DNA of 64,000 bases. It comes from Patescibacteria group bacterium (GTDB lineage: Bacteria > Patescibacteriota > UBA1384 > 2-12-FULL-50-11). The notes beneath the pieces were generated by a model. The model saw nothing but the letters and a program-made list of their open reading frames with translations, was not told the DNA's origin and did not search any database. Shown here in pieces: positions 26,360 through 35,037 of the stretch (its first letter is position 1; each line of letters begins with the position of its first letter). Where the stretch lies: contig BOKZ01000001.1 of NCBI GenBank assembly GCA_016861245.1, positions 347,382 to 411,381 on the forward strand. Direction: 5' to 3'. The position numbers and the translations under genes were made by a program.

Positions 26360-26393
26360 TTTTTTGTAATGCAAAATCTAACGGAGGAATTCC

Positions 26394-28283
26394 ATGGGTA
26401 AAATAATTGGTATCGACTTAGGAACTACTAACTCGGCGGCGGCTGTAATGGAAGGCGGCAAAGCCAAAATGATTCCAACCGCCGAAGGCGGAAATTTAGT
26501 GCCATCAATTGTGGCGATTAATAAAAAAGGCGAACGATTAGTTGGTCAGCTTGCCAAACGTCAATCAGTTACTAATCCAGAAAACACTATTTATTCGGTT
26601 AAGCGATTAATTGGACGCAAATTCGAAGACGACGAAGTCCAGCGGGATATTAAACTTATGCCGTACAAGATTGTTAAGGCTGGTGAAGGTACAAAGGTAA
26701 AAATGGGCGATAAAGAGTACTCGCCGCAAGAAGTTTCCTCGATGATTTTGGCTAAGATTAAGGCTGACGCCGAAAGTTATCTCGGCGAAAAAGTCGACGG
26801 CGCGGTTGTTACCGTTCCAGCTTATTTTAACGACTCGCAGCGCCAAGCTACTAAAGACGCCGGCACTATTGCTGGTTTAGAAGTTAAGCGAATCATTAAC
26901 GAGCCAACCGCAGCCGCACTTGCGTACGGGCTCGGTAAGGAAACTAAAAAAGATCAGAAAATCGCGATCTACGATTTCGGGGGTGGTACGTTTGATATCA
27001 CTATTATCGAAGTCGGAGAAACCGACGGCGAGTCGAGCTTTGAAGTGCTATCCACTAACGGCGACACCCACCTCGGCGGAGACGATCTCGATCTTAAGGT
27101 TATGGATTGGGTTGTTGAAGAATTTAACAAGTCCGAAGGTATGGATCTTAAGGGCGACGCGATGGCGATGCAACGGATTAAAGAGGCGGTCGAAAAAGCC
27201 AAGATCGAACTCTCAACCACACAGGAAGCTGAGATTAATCTGCCGTTTATCGCAGCCGACGCCGACGGTCCAAAAAACTTAGTAACGACCTTAACTCGTG
27301 CCAAGCTCGAGCAGCTGACTGGTGAACTAATCAAAAAGACCGTCACCATTTGCGAATCAGCGATTAAAGACGCCAAGCTCTCCAAGAGCGATATCGACGA
27401 AGTGATTTTGGTTGGTGGTATGACCCGAATGCCGTTAATTCAAGAAACGGTTAAAGAAGTTTTCGGTAAAGAGCCATCAAAGGGTGTCAACCCAGACGAA
27501 GCGGTTGCGCTCGGCGCCGCGCTACAAGCAGGTGTTCTGTCGGGCGAAGTGAAAGATATTCTGTTACTCGATGTAACGCCCCTCACGCTCGGTCTTGAAA
27601 CTCTCGGTGGTGTAATGACGCCATTAATCACTCGAAATACCACTATTCCGGCATCGAAAACCGAGACGTTCTCCACCGCTGCAGATAACCAAACATCAGT
27701 TGAGATTCATGTTCTCCAAGGCGAGCGACCGATGGCAAGCGACAATCGAACACTCGGTAAGTTTCATCTTGATGGCATCCCAACCGCGCCACGCGGCGTC
27801 CCGCAGATCGAAGTCACATTTGATATTGACGCTAACGGAATTCTTAACGTTTCGGCTAAAGACAAAGCCACCAACAAAGAGCAAAAAATCACCATCACTT
27901 CTTCGAGTGGTCTGTCGGATGACGAGATCGAAAAGATGAAAGCCGAAGCCGAAAAACACGCCGAAGAAGACAAAAAGAAAAAAGAACTCGTTGAGCAGCG
28001 CAATCTGGCCGAAGCACTTATCCACACCGCCGAAAAATCACTCAAAGACGCTGGAGATAAAGTAAAACCAGAAGATAAACGGGAAGTCGAAGATGCGATT
28101 ACAGCTACTCGCGCCGCACTAGGTGGCGACGACGTTGAGAAAGTAAAAACCGAAGCCGAAAAACTATCAGCTGCCATGCAAAAAGTCGGCCAAGCGATGT
28201 ACGAACAACCGGCCGAGCCAGCACCTGGTGATGAGAAAAAGTCCGAAGAAACATCTTCAGACGAGCCAAAAGAAACAAAATAA
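26394..28283 (+). CDS. dnaK: molecular chaperone DnaK (Hsp70)
   Basis: 629 aa; [18 protein letters not shown], full substrate-binding domain and acidic tail. Confidence 0.97.
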   Translation: MGKIIGIDLGTTNSAAAVMEGGKAKMIPTAEGGNLVPSIVAINKKGERLVGQLAKRQSVTNPENTIYSVKRLIGRKFEDDEVQRDIKLMPYKIVKAGEGTKVKMGDKEYSPQEVSSMILAKIKADAESYLGEKVDGAVVTVPAYFNDSQRQATKDAGTIAGLEVKRIINEPTAAALAYGLGKETKKDQKIAIYDFGGGTFDITIIEVGETDGESSFEVLSTNGDTHLGGDDLDLKVMDWVVEEFNKSEGMDLKGDAMAMQRIKEAVEKAKIELSTTQEAEINLPFIAADADGPKNLVTTLTRAKLEQLTGELIKKTVTICESAIKDAKLSKSDIDEVILVGGMTRMPLIQETVKEVFGKEPSKGVNPDEAVALGAALQAGVLSGEVKDILLLDVTPLTLGLETLGGVMTPLITRNTTIPASKTETFSTAADNQTSVEIHVLQGERPMASDNRTLGKFHLDGIPTAPRGVPQIEVTFDIDANGILNVSAKDKATNKEQKITITSSSGLSDDEIEKMKAEAEKHAEEDKKKKELVEQRNLAEALIHTAEKSLKDAGDKVKPEDKREVEDAITATRAALGGDDVEKVKTEAEKLSAAMQKVGQAMYEQPAEPAPGDEKKSEETSSDEPKETK

Positions 28284-28288
28284 AAAAA

Positions 28289-28320
28289 CGGCTCGGTTGG
28301 AACGAATCCAAACCGAGCCG
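28289..28320 (-). terminator. rho-independent terminator hairpin (copy 1 of a 41-bp repeated element)
   Basis: CGGCTCGGTTGG-AACGAAT-CCAAACCGAGCCG with A7 on + side (T7 after stem on minus strand); sits between convergent dnaK and 28327..28959. Confidence 0.6.
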
Positions 28321-28326
28321 GAGGAA

Positions 28327-28959
28327 CTAGAAGTTCTCCATAGCAGCGAAATATGAGGAGAAGTGTGTCCGAAGTTGGCCGACGGTTTCGACCTCAGCAG
28401 GAATCACGATTCGCATTCCGCAGCCGCTACAGACGAGAGCGTTGTGGGTTGACGAGATTTGTTTGAGCTCAACTCTGTAGCTGCATATTGAGTGAGCAAT
28501 TGAGCCGGAACAAGCGAGTTTCGTCTCCTCTCCTTTATGAGCGAAATTCTGCGAGAACGTTGCTCGAATCTCCTCGCCGTAGCTGGAAACGACGACGGGT
28601 TTGAACGGTCCGATGTGTTCAGTAATCTCGCCTTCGAGATATTTCAGCGCTTCGTCGCGGCCTGGATGTTTGAGCAATCCGGCCGTCCTTCGCCAAATCA
28701 TCTCAAGATAGCAGGCGGGCTCGGAGTTATTATCCAAGCCCAGCGCCTTAATCCCGCTGAATGGGTTGGCTACGAAGCTTCTTGACTCGTCTACATCAAC
28801 GATTTCCCGACCGTGAACCGTCCCTTTTTCAAGAGTGGTGATCTCGTAACCGGCAGTTTCTAGGAGTTCGCGGATAACCGCATACTGTTCTTCTTCGGAG
28901 CTGATCTTGCCCTCGACCAAGTCGAGGAATTTTTCGTAATTTGAAGTTGCGACCGACAT
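28327..28959 (-). CDS. hypothetical protein with C-terminal Cys cluster (210 aa)
   Basis: ORF with own promoter-like hexamers and RBS GGAGG; C-terminus [10 protein letters not shown]...CSGCG suggests Zn ribbon; flanked by the two repeat hairpins. Confidence 0.5.
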   Translation of the reverse strand: MSVATSNYEKFLDLVEGKISSEEEQYAVIRELLETAGYEITTLEKGTVHGREIVDVDESRSFVANPFSGIKALGLDNNSEPACYLEMIWRRTAGLLKHPGRDEALKYLEGEITEHIGPFKPVVVSSYGEEIRATFSQNFAHKGEETKLACSGSIAHSICSYRVELKQISSTHNALVCSGCGMRIVIPAEVETVGQLRTHFSSYFAAMENF

Positions 28960-28986
28960 TTTTCTACCTCCAATAGGTGTGCTGCA

Positions 28987-29015
28987 ATTTTACGTAAATT
29001 ACTTATAAGATTCAA
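28987..29015 (-). promoter_or_regulatory. promoter-like TTGAAT-N17-TAAAAT (minus strand) for 28327..28959
   Basis: Hexamers read on minus strand ~25 nt upstream of the start codon. Confidence 0.4.
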
Positions 29016-29036
29016 TGAGCAACTATATAAAAAAAC

Positions 29037-29068
29037 GGCTCGGTTGGAATTAATCCAAACCGAGCCGT
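29037..29068 (-). terminator. rho-independent terminator hairpin (copy 2 of the 41-bp repeated element)
   Basis: CGGCTCGGTTGG-AATTAAT-CCAAACCGAGCCG with the same A7 flank; 2 mismatches (loop only) vs copy 1. Confidence 0.6.
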
Positions 29069-29081
29069 AAAGGGAGGGTGC

Positions 29082-29282
29082 TTAGCCGACGTATCCAGGT
29101 CGACCGCGCTTGTGGGAGGTTTCTGCCTCTTGTAGAGCGCTTCGACATTTGGCGCAGTCATTCATGTGCAGGATTTCGGCACGATACTGAGTGCGGTCGC
29201 CCGTCTGAGCCATCTCGCGAATCCGCTCGGAGCTAATACAGGCCAAGGGGCGTCTGAGGGTTGCTAAATTTTGTTGATCCAT
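29082..29282 (-). CDS. small zinc-binding protein with anti-sigma (ZAS) H-x3-C-x2-C motif (66 aa)
   Basis: LAC..(24 aa)..ILHMNDCAKCRSAL fits C-x~24-H-x3-C-x2-C; no TM; no sigma-factor gene adjacent. Confidence 0.4.
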   Translation of the reverse strand: MDQQNLATLRRPLACISSERIREMAQTGDRTQYRAEILHMNDCAKCRSALQEAETSHKRGRPGYVG

Positions 29283-29350
29283 GTGCGATACTCCGGCGTC
29301 ATTTTATCATCTGGTTTCTCTCCACTCAAGAAGGTAATCTCCGTTATCAC

Positions 29351-29366
29351 GTCAACGTTTGTTGAC
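29351..29366. promoter_or_regulatory. perfect 16-bp palindrome GTCAACGTTTGTTGAC upstream of the ZAS-like gene, between divergent small genes
   Basis: Read directly; 6-4-6 inverted repeat typical of a dimeric regulator operator. Confidence 0.3.
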
Positions 29367-29403
29367 TAGACATGCGTTGTACTGTTTGCGATAAATATCC
29401 AGT

Positions 29404-29616
29404 TTGGACATCACTAATGAATACCAAGACCGGTGCCACCCGACGCACCGAACTCGCTACTCTGACTCGTCGCTCTACGACGAAGTCTGCGTTCTCTGTG
29501 GCGCTACCGATAACCCGTTGCTGTTTTTCGGAAGAAAATACTTCTACGGAAATCTGGTAAAACCGTGTCCGGCGTCAGAGGAGAAGCGACAAGCCTACGA
29601 CGCCGCGCGCCGCTAA
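29404..29616 (+). CDS. possible small Cys-containing protein (70 aa)
   Basis: ORF followed immediately by a + strand terminator hairpin; CHPTH...CVLCG motif; gene model uncertain. Confidence 0.3.
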   Translation: MDITNEYQDRCHPTHRTRYSDSSLYDEVCVLCGATDNPLLFFGRKYFYGNLVKPCPASEEKRQAYDAARR

Positions 29617-29622
29617 CCGTTC

Positions 29623-29655
29623 GACGCGAAGGTATCCCCTTCGCGTTTATTTTAT
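29623..29655 (+). terminator. rho-independent terminator (GACGCGAAGG-TATCC-CCTTCGCGT + TTTATTTTATT), possibly bidirectional
   Basis: 9-bp stem and T-rich tract read directly; overlaps 3' end of minus-strand membrane gene. Confidence 0.5.
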
Positions 29656-30555
29656 TGCCCAGAATTTCTTACTATTTTGTAATGGACGGAAGGCTCCGTT
29701 AATCATTTCGGGGGTATATGGGCCAACGTAATCACCGGTTTCTGCGTATCGATAAAGAGCGGCAGAGAAAATACTATTTAACGAGGCTAAATACATTGTT
29801 ATTGCGATAAAAATTGCAAATAATGTCGCGCTAATGGCAATACCCAAACCCATCGATAATATACCGTTGATCACTAACACGGTTAATGCGATTGCTGGAA
29901 AGATCAGGGCGAGTAATACGATGAATAATGTGAATATACCGATCGATACATCTGCGGTTACTCGCTCGCCCCATGCACGTTTCAATAATGCAGTTGAACG
30001 TTTGAGCGCTTCTATCGGACCAACGTCGTGTTTTACAAGTACTGGAATGATAAATACTACTGCTAGACTCCACGCCAGACCAGCCAATATCGCACCAACC
30101 TTTGCAAACACTCCAAGCCAACTCAATTTCTCATAAGCCATTTGGATGAGATAACCAACAACAGCAGAAAATATAGTCCATTTGAAAATGTTTTTACGCT
30201 TTCTCCACGCCGAGCCAAGGGATTGTCGAAGCGAAGGCTCCTCCCCATTCAAGGCAGTTTCGGCCGCAACAAACATTGTTGCCGAGGATAGTATGGAGAC
30301 AAAACTAACTGCGAGAAACGCAATTGCGGAGATGAGTGTAAACTGCCAGGGGGCAGTATCACTTTCAATTGAGGGCAGTATTCCAGCGCGATCCATCAAA
30401 AAAGCGCTACCACCAATTATTGGCGCTGTAATAAATATTAACACTGACAAAACCGCAATCGCAGATAACGCGGGATAAATAAGTAGTACCGGGTGCGATC
30501 GGACAACTTGATTGCTTGCTTTTAGCAAAGCGATACTTCGTTTGATTTTATTCAT
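29647..30555 (-). CDS. polytopic membrane protein of unknown function (302 aa)
   Basis: 6-7 TM helices; co-directional and abutting the XRE regulator gene (1-nt gap). Confidence 0.5.
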   Translation of the reverse strand: MNKIKRSIALLKASNQVVRSHPVLLIYPALSAIAVLSVLIFITAPIIGGSAFLMDRAGILPSIESDTAPWQFTLISAIAFLAVSFVSILSSATMFVAAETALNGEEPSLRQSLGSAWRKRKNIFKWTIFSAVVGYLIQMAYEKLSWLGVFAKVGAILAGLAWSLAVVFIIPVLVKHDVGPIEALKRSTALLKRAWGERVTADVSIGIFTLFIVLLALIFPAIALTVLVINGILSMGLGIAISATLFAIFIAITMYLASLNSIFSAALYRYAETGDYVGPYTPEMINGAFRPLQNSKKFWAIK

Positions 30556-30762
30556 TTAGTTACTTTCTAGTGTAAAAACCTCATCTATCTTTTTGTTAAA
30601 AACTTGAGCTATCCTCCACGCTAAATGCAAAGAAGGCATATACTCGCCACGCTCTAGATATGCGATAGTCTGGCGAACAACCCCGACTCTATCGGCTAGT
30701 TCTTCCTGGGTTATCCCCTGGATTGCTCGTAACTCTCGAATGCGTGTAATTAATATCTGCAT
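30556..30762 (-). CDS. XRE-family helix-turn-helix transcriptional regulator (68 aa)
   Basis: ITQEELADRVGVVRQTIAYLERGEYMPSLHLAWRIAQVF matches Cro/C1-type HTH. Confidence 0.75.
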   Translation of the reverse strand: MQILITRIRELRAIQGITQEELADRVGVVRQTIAYLERGEYMPSLHLAWRIAQVFNKKIDEVFTLESN

Positions 30763-30768
30763 GCCACT

Positions 30769-30809
30769 ATGTTATATATTTTTTACAAATTGTCAAATAT
30801 TTATAACAT
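30769..30809. promoter_or_regulatory. inverted repeat ATGTTATA-N25-TATAACAT in AT-rich divergent promoter region upstream of XRE regulator and M23 peptidase genes
   Basis: 8-bp arms read directly; candidate operator. Confidence 0.35.
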
Positions 30810-30852
30810 GTATACCCTATGCAATTACCTTGGTATATGACAAGCTGGGTTT

Positions 30853-31506
30853 GTGATGAAAGTACTAAAATGGTTGGGGGCTACGGTTGGCGCAATCGTG
30901 CTACTATTTGCGTTATTTCTATTCCAGCCGTGGGCGTATTTACCGCACAAACATATCGAAATTTCATTGCCGTTTGCTCCCGAATACGACTCGCGGGTTA
31001 GCCTAATTCCAATGGGCGAAAAAATAGAACATAACGAAGCCAACGGTAACCCGAACGGTCACCCTGGTATCGATTTTGGGTTTATGGGTGTGACGCCCAT
31101 AATTGCTTCGGCCGACGGTTGGGTCTTTATGGCAGGTAAAACTGAGGCGGGGTCGATCGATGTCACTACATACTCGGGCTTTTATAAAATCGAGTACAAA
31201 GAACTCAACACAATCGAGCCAGAAATTAAGCGATTTGCGAAAGTTAGAAAAGGCCAACTACTTGGCTATACCGGTCGCGACAAGATTATTGAAGGGCGCC
31301 CAACCAAAGAGGATGGTTCGGGACAAATCCACTGGGAGCTAGCCTCGGCGTCGTTGTTGATCGATAGATTATGCCCAATGGGCTACTTTGACGCCGAATC
31401 CAGGCGACGAATTGAGGCGATTTGGGGTAGTGTACCCGCCGACAGCCAATTCAAAAAAGATTACCCAGATATTTGCAGCGGCGTCTTTAAAGATAAAGAA
31501 GATTAG
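30853..31506 (+). CDS. M23/LytM-family peptidase-like protein, membrane-anchored
   Basis: N-terminal TM; HPGIDFG (HxxxD) and later IHWE (HxH-like) motifs. Confidence 0.65.
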   Translation: MMKVLKWLGATVGAIVLLFALFLFQPWAYLPHKHIEISLPFAPEYDSRVSLIPMGEKIEHNEANGNPNGHPGIDFGFMGVTPIIASADGWVFMAGKTEAGSIDVTTYSGFYKIEYKELNTIEPEIKRFAKVRKGQLLGYTGRDKIIEGRPTKEDGSGQIHWELASASLLIDRLCPMGYFDAESRRRIEAIWGSVPADSQFKKDYPDICSGVFKDKED

Positions 31507-31733
31507 TTAACGCCCAGGAACTTAAACAGGTCGTATACCATATAGGCCGGCCAGACGAGCGCTTTTAGAAATCCAAAAAAGTATTCGCCAAAACCATTGG
31601 CGGTCTGCCAGTAATAAATAATTGCGCCGATAAAACCTAAGCACCAAATCCAGCCGCCGCCGTTTTCGGCGTACTTATTAATAACAATCGCTTTCTTTGG
31701 AACATTTATATTTACTTCTCGTACTTCATTCAT
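31503..31733 (-). CDS. small membrane protein (76 aa)
   Basis: Two hydrophobic helices rich in aromatic residues. Confidence 0.4.
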   Translation of the reverse strand: MNEVREVNINVPKKAIVINKYAENGGGWIWCLGFIGAIIYYWQTANGFGEYFFGFLKALVWPAYMVYDLFKFLGVN

Positions 31734-31789
31734 AAAAACATTTTAGCACGTAAAGCAAACTTTACTTTTTTGAGGTAAAATATTGCTGG

Positions 31790-32434
31790 ATGTCTACCCA
31801 GAAAGTAGTAGTTATTTCTGATTTACATTTAACAAAGCGGTTTGACCCGGCCAAATTTGAATTGATTAAAAATATCGTCTCGGACGCAGATCAGCTAATT
31901 ATTAACGGGGATTTGTGGGAAGGTTTTGGCATGAGCCTACAAGAATTTTTGAATTCTCGATGGAAGGAGTTATTTCCACTTTTTAAACAGAAAAACGCTG
32001 TATATTTGTTCGGTAACCACGATCCGAAAAACGTAGAGGATTATTCAATTCTTTCCGAGAGAGTAGCGACGAGCTATGAGTTTTCGCAAGCTGGTACAGA
32101 ATTCTATGTCGCGCATGGCGATCTACTAGATCCAACGTTGGACATGCGACATCCAAACTTACCCAAGTGGATTTTGAATTTTGGTTCAGTACTAGAACGG
32201 TTACTAATAAGTTTTATCGGGAGACCGTATCTAAATGTATACCGAACCAGCAACCAGAGGATGAAAAATTGGCATAAAAGTAATAAATCAGAAAAGTGGT
32301 TAATTTGCGGACACAGCCACCTCCCCGAGATTGACGCGGCGACTAGATTTGCTAACTCTGGGATATTCTTACGACCAGGTCTGGCAAGTTTCTTGGTAGT
32401 GCACAATGGAAAGGTAGAGCTTAACTATGTCTAA
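31790..32434 (+). CDS. calcineurin-like metallophosphoesterase
   Basis: Motifs DLHL, INGDLW, GNHD, AHGDLLD, GHSH. Confidence 0.75.
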   Translation: MSTQKVVVISDLHLTKRFDPAKFELIKNIVSDADQLIINGDLWEGFGMSLQEFLNSRWKELFPLFKQKNAVYLFGNHDPKNVEDYSILSERVATSYEFSQAGTEFYVAHGDLLDPTLDMRHPNLPKWILNFGSVLERLLISFIGRPYLNVYRTSNQRMKNWHKSNKSEKWLICGHSHLPEIDAATRFANSGIFLRPGLASFLVVHNGKVELNYV

Positions 32435-33029
32435 AGACTATTACGACGTTCTTGGTGTTTCAAAAACTGCTTCAGAAGTAGAAATTAAAAAAGCCTACAG
32501 GAGCAAGGCTCATAAGCTGCATCCGGACAAAGGTGGTGACGCTGAGAAATTCAAAGAAATTAACGAAGCGTATCAAGTGCTTGGGGATCCGCAGAAAAGA
32601 GCGCAGTATGACCAGTTTGGTCACGCCGGAACACGTGGTGGATACGGTGGCGGTCAAGCTGGTGGACAAGGTTTCGGCGGGTTTGATTTCTCAGGAGCTG
32701 GATTCGGCGGTCAAGCCGGCGGCTTTGGTTCAATTTTCGAGGACTTATTTGAATCAGCATTCTCACAAGTTCAAGTACAGCTTTCCATCTCAATTCCCCA
32801 GGCAGTTCTTGGTGATACCGTTCGGTTCAAAACCAACTTTGGTGACGAGATCGAACTAAAAATCCCTGCCGGTGCCCAAGATGGCATGGCTTTTCGGTTT
32901 CGTGGTAAGGGGCAGCAAACCCGTCGCGGTCGCGGTGATTTAACTGTTGTACTGCATATTGAAATTCCGAAGCGCCTCTCTCGTGAACAGCGAGAACTTT
33001 ACGAACAACTTAAAAGTCTCGATAGATAG
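32427..33029 (+). CDS. J-domain protein (DnaJ-like, lacks Zn-finger and CTD-I)
   Basis: J domain with HPD (KLHPDKGGD), G/F-rich linker, single short C-terminal domain; 200 aa. Confidence 0.8.
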   Translation: MSKDYYDVLGVSKTASEVEIKKAYRSKAHKLHPDKGGDAEKFKEINEAYQVLGDPQKRAQYDQFGHAGTRGGYGGGQAGGQGFGGFDFSGAGFGGQAGGFGSIFEDLFESAFSQVQVQLSISIPQAVLGDTVRFKTNFGDEIELKIPAGAQDGMAFRFRGKGQQTRRGRGDLTVVLHIEIPKRLSREQRELYEQLKSLDR

Positions 33030-34085
33030 TTAGGCCGTATTTTGTTTCAAAAATTCCAAGACGATTTTTTCTTCTGGCAGTAAATCAACAGTGTCGATTT
33101 CGATCGTATTAATCTCTTTTATTGTTAGCCCCGAGTCGCTCAAGAACGTTTCGATAATAGTTGGGTGGATGTAGCACTTACGACAGACAGTCGGTGTGTT
33201 ACCGAGCTCTTTGGCTACTTCTTTAACGATTTGTGAAACTATTCTCTTGTTTTCCCGCTCGGTTCTGGCGCGCTCAGCGTCTGCCAGGAACCATGCAGCT
33301 AACACGGTACCGCGCCAAGTCCGAAAATCCTTGGCGGTAAATAAATCGTTGGCTGCTTCCTGGATGTACTCGTTAACATCTGACGAATCGATTGAGTGGA
33401 GGTTGTCGTCTTCGTCGATAAACTGGAATAAGTCCTGGCCGGGCAAATCCTGGAGCCGTCCAATCAGACGAGCAAGCCGGCGATCCTCGAGCTCAATTGT
33501 GTGGAACTGTCCGCTTTTACCTTTAAAGTTAATCGTCACTTTTTGGCTACCGACATCGACGTGACGGTTTTGTAGTGTTGTTAAACCGTACGACTGATTC
33601 TCGCGGGCGTACTGCTCGTTGCCGATTCGAATCATCGTTTTTTCAAGTAATTTTACGATCGTGGCTAATACTTTCTCGCGCGGCAGGCCGCGCTTGGCGA
33701 GATCTTCTGAGACCTGCGTACGAATTTTCGGTAAGGCTTTACCGAAATCTATGAGCTTGTCGTATTTGGTTTGGTCGCGGAATTTGAGCCAGTCGGGGTG
33801 GTAGCGATATTGTTTACGCCCCTTTTCGTCGATCCCAACTGCCTGAAGATGACTATTATCGACAGGAGAAATTCGGACCTCAGTCCAGGCTGGCGGCAGC
33901 ACTAGCGATTTTATTCTAGCAATCGTTTCTTTATCAGTAATCGGTTGCTCGTCTTTATCGACGTACCGAAAGCCTTCGCCGTGTTTAAGGCGGGAGATCG
34001 TTAGTTTTGAGTCGGTAAAATAGCGCAAACCAGCCTCTTTTGCAGATTCGACAGGGTTTTTGACGAGCTCAACAGCATCGCTCAT
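33030..34085 (-). CDS. DNA topoisomerase IB (poxvirus-like bacterial TopIB)
   Basis: 351 aa; conserved blocks FRYVDKDEQPI, RISPVDNSHLQAVGIDEKGRKQYRYHPDW, FTAKDFRTWRGTV, active-site region RKCYIHP with Tyr. Confidence 0.75.
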   Translation of the reverse strand: MSDAVELVKNPVESAKEAGLRYFTDSKLTISRLKHGEGFRYVDKDEQPITDKETIARIKSLVLPPAWTEVRISPVDNSHLQAVGIDEKGRKQYRYHPDWLKFRDQTKYDKLIDFGKALPKIRTQVSEDLAKRGLPREKVLATIVKLLEKTMIRIGNEQYARENQSYGLTTLQNRHVDVGSQKVTINFKGKSGQFHTIELEDRRLARLIGRLQDLPGQDLFQFIDEDDNLHSIDSSDVNEYIQEAANDLFTAKDFRTWRGTVLAAWFLADAERARTERENKRIVSQIVKEVAKELGNTPTVCRKCYIHPTIIETFLSDSGLTIKEINTIEIDTVDLLPEEKIVLEFLKQNTA

Positions 34086-34161
34086 GTGGGTAGTGTAACA
34101 CGACTTGTAGATTTGACACTCGAGCCGCTTCTTTAGATACTAATTTATAGGAGGACAAAGG

Positions 34162-34689
34162 GTGCAAACCGTTCCAAGTTGGGATTTATTCTTAATCATC
34201 TTTTTCATCGTTAGCATCGGGTACAGTTTTGTGCTTCAGCGAGATAAGGTAATTGTGACGCTTCTTGCCATATACGTAGGTATCGTGATGGCTAATATTC
34301 TCGGTGGACCGTTACAGGCCTTCTTTAACGGCGACAAAACCGTTGCGAACCAGCTGTTTATTCGAGCGAACGCCTCGCCGTTTTCGATTCAAAGTGGCGT
34401 GTTTCTACTTACCATTATCCTCGTGACGATACGATCTGGATTGGGAATCGGCTCGTCGTCGCGCGGGAAATTAACTGCGTTTGAGCTGGCGATCTTTAGT
34501 TTTTTAAATTCAGCGTTAATTTTGGCTGCGGTTTTCTCGTTCATGACACCCGAAGCCAAAGCCGCGTTTGCCGAAACTTCTCGTGTGGCGAGGGTTATTA
34601 TTAATAAGGAAGTTTGGTGGATGGTGGCGCCGCTCATTGCGCTGATTGCCACCGGTGGACTCGGTAAGGGTAGAAGCTCGGATTACTAA
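34162..34689 (+). CDS. hypothetical membrane protein (175 aa, GTG start)
   Basis: TTGACA-N17-GATACT promoter-like and TAGGAGGA RBS upstream; 5 TM helices. Confidence 0.5.
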   Translation: MQTVPSWDLFLIIFFIVSIGYSFVLQRDKVIVTLLAIYVGIVMANILGGPLQAFFNGDKTVANQLFIRANASPFSIQSGVFLLTIILVTIRSGLGIGSSSRGKLTAFELAIFSFLNSALILAAVFSFMTPEAKAAFAETSRVARVIINKEVWWMVAPLIALIATGGLGKGRSSDY

Positions 34690-34693
34690 AAGT

Positions 34694-34722
34694 GCCGGGT
34701 CGAGCCCGGCGTGTTGTTATCT
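34694..34722 (+). terminator. rho-independent terminator GCCGGG-TCGAG-CCCGGC + T-rich
   Basis: Perfect 6-bp GC stem 5 nt after stop codon. Confidence 0.55.
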
Positions 34723-34914
34723 CGCTCGGCAACGCCTGCCACGACGTTTGTCGCTGTAGCCTTGCGGTCGCTGGAACCGTCGTGCCCATCGGGCAACCAT
34801 GTGTGCGTTCGAGATCTTAGGTTTGCGAGTAAGTAAGTGCAATGTCTACCCTCCTGGTGTTAGTAAAAACGTAACAAAAAACGGCTCACGGTCAAATTAT
34901 TACCGATTAACAGA

Positions 34915-34943
34915 TTGAGGTTTTAAAGCGGATGTAGTAAAAT
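34915..34943 (+). promoter_or_regulatory. promoter-like TTGAGG-N17-TAAAAT upstream of tRNA-Lys
   Basis: -10 hexamer ends 14 nt before tRNA 5' end. Confidence 0.45.
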
Positions 34944-34957
34944 TTATGGGTAACTGC

Positions 34958-35030
34958 GGGCCTGTAGCTCAGTCGGTAGAGCGTCGCCCTTTTAAGGCGA
35001 GCGTCGTGGGTTCGAGTCCCACCGGGCCCA
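34958..35030 (+). tRNA. tRNA-Lys(TTT): tRNA-Lys (anticodon TTT)
   Basis: GGGCCTGTAGCTCAGTCGGTAGAGC..TCGCC-CTTTTAA-GGCGA..GTGGG-TTCGAGT-CCCAC-CGGGCCCA. Confidence 0.85.
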
Positions 35031-35037
35031 CAAACAC

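Noticed and set aside
25190-26393. CIRCE/HrcA operator at the grpE-dnaK heat-shock locus
   Set aside because: Looked for TTAGCACTC-N9-GAGTGCTAA-like inverted repeats upstream of grpE and dnaK; none present. dnaK instead has a plain consensus sigma70 promoter.
26607-28311. Multiple antisense and out-of-frame ORFs (60-138 aa) inside dnaK
   Set aside because: Fully contained within a very high-confidence dnaK reading frame; low-complexity translations typical of shadow ORFs.
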